IMG/VR virus record: IMGVR_UViG_3300020728_000001
Direction: 5' to 3' (one strand)
DNA length: 35,340 bases
DNA from: a virus
The notes under the pieces are model-generated. The model did not search any database, had not been told where the DNA came from, and saw nothing but the letters and a program-made list of their open reading frames with translations. The stretch's first letter is position 1. Each line of letters begins with the position of its first letter. Shown here in pieces: positions 1-5,909 of the stretch. The position numbers and the translations under genes were made by a program.

Positions 1-99
1 CAGGCTCTTGCTTCTCTGCGTCTGCGATGGCTTGGCGTAGGGATGTGGTTGCTTCATCAACTTGATCAAACACAAAATCATCCCCAGTAAGAGAACCAT
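1..99. repeat. 99-bp terminal overlap, identical to 35242..35340 (closure of a circular or circularly permuted genome)
   Basis: Read directly: the first 99 nt (caggctcttgcttctctgcg...ccagtaagagaaccat) recur exactly as the last 99 nt. Confidence 0.95.
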
Positions 100-580
100 A
101 ACTTATAACGTTCTCCAACGCCTCAAGCGCCAGTGTCATTGCTTCTTTACTCGTATGTTCATCTTCACTCATCCATGCAACAGGCGCATCTTTTGTTTCT
201 AGTGCTTCTTCTAAGGCTTTGATAGCGTCTTCTTTTGCTTCACGAATAGATGAACCCCAAGTGTCTTTTGATTTCAATACCTCTAACGCTTGTTGCATTA
301 CTTCTTTAGTCATGGTGTTTCCTTGCTCGGATTGATGGGGTAACGGCTCGGTTGTAATGTGCTTACGTCCGTTGTTGTCTGTGATTATTCGTTCAGTCAT
401 AAGTTTAACCGCCACAGGCTCCTGTTCTGGTTGTGCCAAAACTTCTTGGATAGAAATAATGGTTGACCACACTTTATCTTCTGAATAAAGTCTTTCACCA
501 TTTCGCATCAATCTAAATGTTTCTTCTCGCACTTCTTTTAGTGTGTCTAGTGCAAGTCGTAATGCTTCGTCTTTGGTCAT
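1..580 (-). CDS. Hypothetical modular protein, N-terminal part. The ORF runs off the window start and continues at 35241..34910 (303 aa after removing the overlap)
   Basis: Hand translation from ATG 580..578 (MTKDEALRLALDTLKEV...) shows no stop down to base 1. ATGA overlap with the stop of 577..771. An in-frame internal ATG at 313..311 (MTKEVMQQALEVL) follows AAGGAA. The ORF is missing from the track because it has no stop inside the window. Confidence 0.6.
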   Translation of the reverse strand, partial: MTKDEALRLALDTLKEVREETFRLMRNGERLYSEDKVWSTIISIQEVLAQPEQEPVAVKLMTERIITDNNGRKHITTEPLPHQSEQGNTMTKEVMQQALEVLKSKDTWGSSIREAKEDAIKALEEALETKDAPVAWMSEDEHTSKEAMTLALEALENVISYGSLTGDDFVFDQVDEATTSLRQAIADAEKQEP

Positions 581-771
581 TCTTGTCCCCTTGCACGAAT
601 TTTTAAACCTACTATTCCAGTCAAATAACCAGGATGCTCATCACATAACTTTGCACACGCCTCACGTTCTTTTTCTGCTACTAATTTGGCAAAACGCAAT
701 ATTTCAACATCTGTAAAACTAGATTCATCAAACGTTTTATCAGCCATCTCTATGATTTCTTCTTTAGTCAT
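577..771 (-). CDS. Hypothetical small protein (C-terminal EREACA...IRARGQE motif)
   Basis: 64-aa ORF with ATGA start/stop overlaps on both sides (771/768 and 580/577). The C-terminal motif is shared with 5392..5673. Confidence 0.6.
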   Translation of the reverse strand: MTKEEIIEMADKTFDESSFTDVEILRFAKLVAEKEREACAKLCDEHPGYLTGIVGLKIRARGQE

Positions 772-1010
772 TTAGGTTTCCCCATTCTCTCGTCATCCCA
801 CCTGGCAATCTCTAACCGAATCTCTTTGTTCTTAGCGCAGTTGATCAGCTCACGGTAAAAGATCTCGCTGTACGTCTCCCGCCACTCTTTTGCCAGCTTT
901 CTCTTACTAGGCTTGCTAATGCAAGAGAGGGCACGTTGCATCTCCTTCCTGAGTTTCACACGAGATGCGTACAACTGCTGTTGCATATCCTTCTGCAAAT
1001 CCATACCCAT
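768..1010 (-). CDS. Hypothetical small basic protein (start uncertain)
   Basis: 80-aa ORF whose stop overlaps the next start (ATGA at 768..771). Its 5' part overlaps 916..1122 in another frame. Confidence 0.45.
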   Translation of the reverse strand: MGMDLQKDMQQQLYASRVKLRKEMQRALSCISKPSKRKLAKEWRETYSEIFYRELINCAKNKEIRLEIARWDDERMGKPK

Positions 1011-1122
1011 ATGCCTCTGCTACCAGTTTATTCTTCTCTCTCTGCACCTGGACAAGACTCTCCCACAGCACACGACATCTGTGCCGTAGTTCGTCTTCTT
1101 CTTCCCAGAGCAGATTACCCAC
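916..1122 (-). CDS. Hypothetical small protein
   Basis: 68-aa ORF. GTG start overlaps the TAG of the upstream ORF (TAGTG at 1120..1124). Contains AEAYGYGFAEGY. Confidence 0.4.
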   Translation of the reverse strand: MGNLLWEEEDELRHRCRVLWESLVQVQREKNKLVAEAYGYGFAEGYATAVVRISCETQEGDATCPLLH

Positions 1123-1340
1123 TAGGCCACCCTCCAGACGTGCAACGTACTCCCGTTGCTCTTACAAGTGAACTTGTACCCCAACCTCTTCCCCGCCCTG
1201 TAGTTGGCGTTGTATACCTTGTCCCGATACTCCACGGGCACGGCAAACGAATCCCCCACGTCCATCTCCTCATATGGGTAATCAAAGATTACTTTTGGAC
1301 TAGGCATCTCTACACCTTTTACTATCTCTATTCTTTGCAT
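1122..1340 (-). CDS. Hypothetical protein, first gene of the minus arm
   Basis: 72-aa ORF. GAGGTG Shine-Dalgarno about 8 nt upstream of ATG 1340. Confidence 0.65.
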   Translation of the reverse strand: MQRIEIVKGVEMPSPKVIFDYPYEEMDVGDSFAVPVEYRDKVYNANYRAGKRLGYKFTCKSNGSTLHVWRVA

Positions 1341-1366
1341 ACTCTACACCTCGTCAGATAACCCTG

Positions 1367-1394
1367 AGTATACATAAAAAAAGAGGCCATGCAA
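1367..1394 (-). promoter_or_regulatory. Possible proximal sigma70-like promoter for the minus arm (TTGCAT-16-TATACT)
   Basis: Minus strand: -35 TTGCAT (1394..1389), 16-nt spacer, -10 TATACT (1372..1367) preceded by TG. It overlaps the 3' arm and U-tract of the terminator. Confidence 0.35.
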
Positions 1395-1414
1395 GCACAC
1401 GCTCACATGACCTC
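1376..1414 (-). terminator. Intrinsic terminator on the minus strand
   Basis: Minus strand: GAGGUCAUG (1414..1406) pairs with CAUGGCCUC (1391..1383), giving 9 bp including one G-U. 14-nt loop, then U7 (1382..1376). Confidence 0.65.
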
Positions 1415-1420
1415 AACCCC

Positions 1421-1456
1421 TAAGTGGCAACTGCGGGGAAAACACTTAATTTTTTT
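1421..1456 (+). terminator. Terminator-like hairpin plus T7 on the plus strand, back to back with the minus-strand terminator
   Basis: TAAGTG (1421..1426) pairs with CACTTA (1443..1448), followed by A then T7 (1450..1456). The stem is AT-rich and only 6 bp. Confidence 0.3.
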
Positions 1457-1836
1457 GGGGTGGGCGCAATGTGGGGGTCACGCATACAGCACCCTCAGTC
1501 CCCATCGAGTGGCCGCCACCAGCTGGCTGCAGCAATAGAACACGCTCAACACCCCAATCCCATAACTTAACATAACGCTCGACGTATCAAATAGACGCTA
1601 TGGACATCAGGCAGCAGCTGCATCGAGCTGGACCGTGCCCCATCTAAGATGTGGCCACCAAGGTCATAACGTGTTGGCCACACACCAGAGCACTCACAGG
1701 CCCGTATCTAATCAATAAGATAACGAGCTGTGGAAGTCACCCTCACCAGGTGGCAGCCTATTATCCTGATACCCTGTTAACTATATAGCAACACACCTCA
1801 ATATTGAATGAATGTACGTCTCCCTATTGAATACAG

Positions 1837-1864
1837 ATTATACATAGTTAAAACCTATTATCAA
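1837..1864 (-). promoter_or_regulatory. Sigma70-like promoter firing leftward (TTGATA-16-TATAAT, TG directly upstream of the -10)
   Basis: Minus strand: -35 TTGATA (1864..1859), 16-nt spacer, -10 TATAAT (1842..1837), preceded by TG (1844..1843). Confidence 0.55.
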
Positions 1865-1892
1865 CTTTACATACATTTACACTACTTTCCAC

Positions 1893-1920
1893 TTGACAAC
1901 TCGTCAACTAACCCTATAAT
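1893..1920 (+). promoter_or_regulatory. Consensus sigma70-like promoter firing rightward (TTGACA-16-TATAAT)
   Basis: TTGACA at 1893..1898 and TATAAT at 1915..1920, both perfect hexamers. Lies 28 bp from the divergent -35. Confidence 0.65.
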
Positions 1921-1981
1921 CATTACGTTACATATTGACCTATATGTAATAAACCTCTTAATCCTAACCGAGAGCAAAACC

Positions 1982-2659
1982 ATGAAAATTATCCCTATTC
2001 ACCCAATGAATAAAGCCGCTGCCAAGTCGATCAATGGCGGCTTAACCTCTACCTCTAAAATGCCCTGTAAGTCTTACAGTTTGCCCACGGAGGCTTGTAT
2101 TACAGGTTTCAAAATGGCTCAAATACCTGGCAGCATATGCGCCAGCTGCTATGCCGATAAAGGGTTTTACAAAATGTATGCTAACACTGTGAAACCCTCA
2201 CAGTTTGCCAGGTTAGATTCTATTGATAACCCTCTATGGGTCGATTCAATGGTTAACTCTATTGGCTCTGATGAATATTTTCGCTGGCATGATAGTGGTG
2301 ATCTACAGAGTTTGGCTCATTTTGAGAAAATTGTTGCTGTTGCACAATTAACTCCAAATTGTAAGCATTGGCTGCCGACAAGAGAGTATGCAATCATTAA
2401 AGCATACAAGGCCACAGGTAAGAAAATCCCTAAAAATCTAATTGTCAGATTATCGGCTATGTACCCGGATAAAAAAGTCGTTATTCCTGGCAGCTTACAA
2501 GGGTTTGCCAATGTGACCACGTCTAATGTACATACAAGCATTGAATCTCTTGAGGTCAATCAATTGGGCCAGGCTTGTATTGCACCTAAGCAAAACGGTG
2601 AATGTGGCAGCTGCCGATCATGCTGGTCCACGGTAGAGGTTAGTTATTCAATGCACTAA
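1982..2659 (+). CDS. Cys-rich protein resembling the GP88 phage family (function unknown)
   Basis: Track ORF 1808..2659 trimmed to ATG 1982 (MKIIPIHP...), because 1808..1981 covers the AT-rich promoter region. Strings recalled from the GP88 family: SLPTEAC...CASCYADKG, FRWHDSGD, LPTREY, and a C-terminal CGSCRSCW. Confidence 0.5.
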   Translation: MKIIPIHPMNKAAAKSINGGLTSTSKMPCKSYSLPTEACITGFKMAQIPGSICASCYADKGFYKMYANTVKPSQFARLDSIDNPLWVDSMVNSIGSDEYFRWHDSGDLQSLAHFEKIVAVAQLTPNCKHWLPTREYAIIKAYKATGKKIPKNLIVRLSAMYPDKKVVIPGSLQGFANVTTSNVHTSIESLEVNQLGQACIAPKQNGECGSCRSCWSTVEVSYSMH

Positions 2660-2733
2660 ATAATAGCCTACAGGGCCTTTAATGGGTCTTGTGGGATGCT
2701 ATTTTGCATCATCCTAACTCTGGAGTTTTAATA

Positions 2734-3003
2734 ATGAAAACTGTTTTTACCTCGCATGGCCATGATGCTTGTTCGGTTAAGTATCTAGATAAAGTTTTTG
2801 ACATTCTTGAAAATCGCAGTTTTATTAGACGTGGACATTACGTTTTTGAAATTATCGGTTTTAATGGTGCAGAGCGACAATTATGTGGAAATTTGTCTAG
2901 AAGTGGGATTACTCTAATGTGCGATCCAGCTGTCGATCTAGTTGATATTATCCGTAAAGAGTTTAAAAAATACGAATCTCTACAATCTAAATTATTTGCT
3001 TAA
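2734..3003 (+). CDS. Hypothetical protein
   Basis: Track ORF 2689..3003 trimmed to ATG 2734, which follows GGAG with 8-nt spacing. 89 aa. Confidence 0.55.
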   Translation: MKTVFTSHGHDACSVKYLDKVFDILENRSFIRRGHYVFEIIGFNGAERQLCGNLSRSGITLMCDPAVDLVDIIRKEFKKYESLQSKLFA

Positions 3004-3087
3004 TAGCTAAAAATCTAGCGTATAGGGGTTTATATTGACCTCTATGCGATAGGTTTTTCCTATCATTTAATCCTAACGAGGTAAACC

Positions 3088-3291
3088 ATGATTAAATACA
3101 AAACCTGGCAAGACGGTAACCACACCACCGAACGGTACAAAAGAACACTATATGAAGCTTTCCCTGGCCATCAAGACTACAACATTTACGAACCCCATGA
3201 CCTTTATGCGATTGACGATGATGACTCATTGATTTTAGCTATCGGGTTTGTGTTTTCGATAGTTTGCATCATTTGGTCTATTTTCTGGTAA
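3088..3291 (+). CDS. Small tail-anchored membrane protein, hypothetical
   Basis: 67-aa ORF with an acidic DDDD stretch followed by a C-terminal hydrophobic helix (LILAIGFVFSIVCIIWSIFW). The upstream cassette is shared with gene 1982. Confidence 0.55.
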   Translation: MIKYKTWQDGNHTTERYKRTLYEAFPGHQDYNIYEPHDLYAIDDDDSLILAIGFVFSIVCIIWSIFW

Positions 3292-3492
3292 GTGATAAGA
3301 TCTGCACCACGGGGATAGTCCACCAGTCCCTGGGTGCGGTAGGCATGACCAATCCCGATAAACGTACTGAACTCTGCTTGTATCTCCTGGGAGCATATTC
3401 CCTCGGGGTAGTGAAAACAGGGGTGTCCTTAATGGGACATAAGTTAGATAAACGAGAATGCCCATGCGAGAGCATGATTACCAGTAAAAAAG

Positions 3493-3501
3493 TTATCCAC
3501 A
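3493..3501 (+). promoter_or_regulatory. Perfect DnaA-box consensus TTATCCACA in an ORF-free region
   Basis: Exact 9-mer read at 3493..3501. It is a single copy, so this may be chance. Confidence 0.3.
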
Positions 3502-3541
3502 GGGTAGCTTTCTCTGGTGGCTTTCCCTATGACGATAAGCT

Positions 3542-3573
3542 CCCCAGCCTATGGTGGGGTTTAAAATTTTATT
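3542..3573 (+). terminator. Weak terminator-like hairpin with a T-rich tail
   Basis: CCCCA (3542..3546) pairs with TGGGG (3555..3559), 8-nt loop, then TTTAAAATTTTATT. Confidence 0.3.
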
Positions 3574-3618
3574 AGTTCTCCCTCTCAAATCCCCATGTAA
3601 CCCTTAAAAGGCACACAC

Positions 3619-3825
3619 ATGATTGAACTTCTACAAAAGAGACGTGTACAGCTGGCCAAGTTGTACAAACAACAGGCCACAGGGGTGTTGTACACCAGGC
3701 TAAATGAGGTTGATCTCTTGATCAAGAGATACAAACGCACACATAAGCAAGTGGACACATTGCCCACAGTTGCGCCCACAATCAACACGAACAAAAAGGA
3801 GGTTAAAGATTTACTTGCAGACTAA
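3619..3825 (+). CDS. Small basic hypothetical protein
   Basis: 68-aa ORF. Its 5' leader CCTTAAAAGGCACA-N3-ATG is shared with gene 3894. Confidence 0.55.
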   Translation: MIELLQKRRVQLAKLYKQQATGVLYTRLNEVDLLIKRYKRTHKQVDTLPTVAPTINTNKKEVKDLLAD

Positions 3826-3842
3826 TCATCTATATGTATAAT
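3815..3842 (+). promoter_or_regulatory. Sigma70-like promoter (TTGCAG-16-TATAAT) for the recombination operon
   Basis: -35 at 3815..3820 and -10 TATAAT at 3837..3842, preceded by TG. Same ATGTATAAT string as the minus promoter at 1837..1845. Confidence 0.5.
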
Positions 3843-3893
3843 CCACTTTGTGGCTAGTCCACATATTCCTAACTTTCCTTAAAAGGCACAAAC

Positions 3894-4784
3894 ATGAGTG
3901 ATTTCTCACCCGCAACACGCAACGGGTCTATGTGGTCTGGAGACTCCAGGCGCATTGCTCAAGGCAAAGCAAACGAGGTCATATTGACCAAAACAGGCCA
4001 GATGGAGATTCCAGACTTATCTCACATCGAGGCGGTCCAGATGGGCCATGTGATGGAACCAGTGATCGGTAGACTAGCAGCCAACAAGCTGCAAGTTGAA
4101 CTCCACAAGATCGAGGACGCAATCACGCATCCAAAAGAGTCCTGGTTAAAGTCGCACTTTGACTTTGTAGGAAAAGAGAACGGGGAGACATTCCTCGTTG
4201 AATGTAAGAACTACAACGCTGCAGTCCGCAACAAGTTCAGTGAAGGAATTATCCCTCCCGCTGACCTGGCACAGTGCATCCATGAGGCCCTGGTGTACGG
4301 CTGCAGCACTGTCTACCTAGCAGTCCTCTTTGGCGGTCAAGAGCTAGAGCTGTTCCCTGTCTACGTCACAGAAGATATGAAGAACAACCTGTTGTTTAAA
4401 CTGGCAGAAGTCTGGGGGAGAATTCAAACAAAAAATCCATACCCACCAGAGGATTTGGAGCAAACTAAGCTGATGTTCCCAACTGCCACAGAAAGCCTTA
4501 AAACGGCCTCACAGAGCGTAGAAATGGCCTGTAACACCCTAGCGTCCATCAAAGCACAAATAAAGGGCTTAGAGGCACAGGAGGAGCAGCTGCAGACCCT
4601 CATCCAGGGCTATATGGAAGACAAGGGGACATTGGTGACTGTTGACAACAAAGTGCTGGCTACCTGGAAGAACGCCAAGGCCAGCAACAAGTTCGACAGC
4701 AAGTTGTTCCAGCAGTCCATGCCAGACATTTATGAGCAGTTTGTGCGCCCTATTCCAGGCAGCAGAAGGTTTCTAGTCAAATGA
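3894..4784 (+). CDS. YqaJ/lambda-Exo-like PD-(D/E)XK recombination exonuclease
   Basis: 296 aa. Contains HFDFVGKENGETFLVECKN (D...E-x-K nuclease core), as in YqaJ-type viral recombinase exonucleases. Coiled-coil C-terminus. Linked to an annealase gene. Confidence 0.75.
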   Translation: MSDFSPATRNGSMWSGDSRRIAQGKANEVILTKTGQMEIPDLSHIEAVQMGHVMEPVIGRLAANKLQVELHKIEDAITHPKESWLKSHFDFVGKENGETFLVECKNYNAAVRNKFSEGIIPPADLAQCIHEALVYGCSTVYLAVLFGGQELELFPVYVTEDMKNNLLFKLAEVWGRIQTKNPYPPEDLEQTKLMFPTATESLKTASQSVEMACNTLASIKAQIKGLEAQEEQLQTLIQGYMEDKGTLVTVDNKVLATWKNAKASNKFDSKLFQQSMPDIYEQFVRPIPGSRRFLVK

Positions 4785-5101
4785 AGACTAAAAAGCCTAA
4801 ACCTATCAAACCTGCACCAGTGTTTGAGTTTGCTGCTTGTACTAAATGCCACGGGTCTGGTAAAAGTAAAGAATACAGATGTGAAGGAATGTTATTAGCA
4901 GAGCGTTTTGATGGTGGCAGACACACTAAAAGTTACCAACAATGCACTTGTGAAGGCACAAACGAGGTAGAGTTTGATGATGGTTCTCTCTATCATTGTT
5001 GCGGAAGACACCTCGCTGTTCTCACTCGTTTGATTGAGAAAGAAAGCAATGACGAATTCACTTTGATTAAAGTAAAGGAACATTATGATGATGGACTTTA
5101 A
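4781..5101 (+). CDS. Cys-rich zinc-finger-like protein
   Basis: 106 aa. CTKCHGSGK (CxxCxGxG) plus further Cys pairs (C..C, CC). ATGA overlap with the upstream gene. Confidence 0.55.
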   Translation: MKTKKPKPIKPAPVFEFAACTKCHGSGKSKEYRCEGMLLAERFDGGRHTKSYQQCTCEGTNEVEFDDGSLYHCCGRHLAVLTRLIEKESNDEFTLIKVKEHYDDGL

Positions 5102-5399
5102 CCCCTACCAACACGATCTGTTCACCAAATACAGGAAAACAGACCCGATCACGTCTAGACAGGCTGCAGAACGCACGCTAGACAAGATCACAGAGATACA
5201 GCAGAAAGTCCTTAATTACGCTCTAGATCGTGGTTACTTAGGCTTTACTGATGAACAGTTAAATTGCTACTTCAACACACACAAAAGCACTTACAGGTCC
5301 AGGCGTGCAGAGCTGGTGAAGAAAGGTCTCATTGTGGACGCTGGTACAACCAGGAACAAAATGACGGTGTGGGTTCATAAGGAGTTCTCTAATGACTAA
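5085..5399 (+). CDS. Winged-helix DNA-binding protein
   Basis: 104 aa. TDPITSRQAA...LGFTDEQL...YRSRRAELVKKGLIVD...TVW matches the common phage wHTH pattern. Confidence 0.55.
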   Translation: MMMDFNPYQHDLFTKYRKTDPITSRQAAERTLDKITEIQQKVLNYALDRGYLGFTDEQLNCYFNTHKSTYRSRRAELVKKGLIVDAGTTRNKMTVWVHKEFSND

Positions 5400-5673
5400 A
5401 GATGAAGAAATGTGGTTACGAGAGTTAGCGGCTGGACGATGCGTTATTACAAAAGTAACAGAACAACTTGGCCCAATGTCTTTATGGTCTAAGGATGGGC
5501 TAGAAGCAGAAATACGCAGAGCAGTAGAAGCCGAGCGTGAGGCAATAGCGCAGATGTTTGAAGGTGCGCCTGCATTGGTGCAGTTTGCACAGAACGACAA
5601 AGGAGGCTGTTTGGTTTGTGGGTTTACACCAAAGCTAATAATTGAAGCCATTAGAGCAAGGGGACAACAATGA
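5392..5673 (+). CDS. Hypothetical protein (AEREAIA...C..C...AIRARGQQ motif)
   Basis: 93-aa ORF overlapping both neighbours. The C-terminal motif is paralogous to 577..771. Confidence 0.6.
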   Translation: MTKDEEMWLRELAAGRCVITKVTEQLGPMSLWSKDGLEAEIRRAVEAEREAIAQMFEGAPALVQFAQNDKGGCLVCGFTPKLIIEAIRARGQQ

Positions 5674-5909
5674 ATAAAGTCTATCCCTTTCTACACCGTA
5701 ACCCCACATCTGGCCTAGTCACCCAGCATGATGGTATAGATCAGCGTCTATGGGTGGCAACACACATAGCAGCTGGAATGGTCTCTTACGCTTATAGCAA
5801 GTGCGCTACGGTGGAAGAGATCGCAGCATCCTCGTTTGCAGTCGCAGACGCAATCCTAACTTTTAATGAAGGTAAACCCTATGAGCAACCAGTTAATACC
5901 CCTGAATGA
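5670..5909 (+). CDS. Hypothetical protein
   Basis: 79-aa ORF with an ATGA overlap with the upstream gene. Confidence 0.5.
   Translation: MNKVYPFLHRNPTSGLVTQHDGIDQRLWVATHIAAGMVSYAYSKCATVEEIAASSFAVADAILTFNEGKPYEQPVNTPE

Larger units (their letters stand above)
1376..1830 (-). ncRNA. Candidate ~455-nt non-coding transcript or long structured leader
   Basis: Bounded by the promoter at 1837..1864 and the terminator at 1376..1414. No ORF of 60 aa or more on either strand; the longest ATG ORF I found by hand is 31 codons without a good SD. By eye it is richer in G+C than its flanks and has many short palindromes. Confidence 0.35.

Noticed and set aside
916-1122. Fusion of ORFs 916..1122 and 768..1010 by frameshifting.
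   Set aside because: The second frame is +1 relative to the first, there is no slippery or stop-codon-type +1 signal in the overlap, and both ORFs can stand alone as overlapping genes.
1417-1463. preQ1-type riboswitch resemblance (small pseudoknot plus an A-rich tract).
   Set aside because: The resemblance is only topological. I could not match the conserved preQ1 nucleotides, and the phage has no queuosine or 7-deazaguanine genes.
1808-1981. N-terminal 58 codons of track ORF 1808..2659.
   Set aside because: This part covers the AT-rich divergent promoter region, including the consensus TTGACA/TATAAT, and its peptide is Tyr/Ile/Leu-rich nonsense. The ATG at 1982 begins the conserved-looking protein.
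3278-3500. Metallophosphoesterase pseudogene on the minus strand (strings FFTGNHA and VIMLSHGHS in two frames).
   Set aside because: These are only two short motif-like strings in different frames without the other conserved blocks. That is insufficient without a tblastx search.
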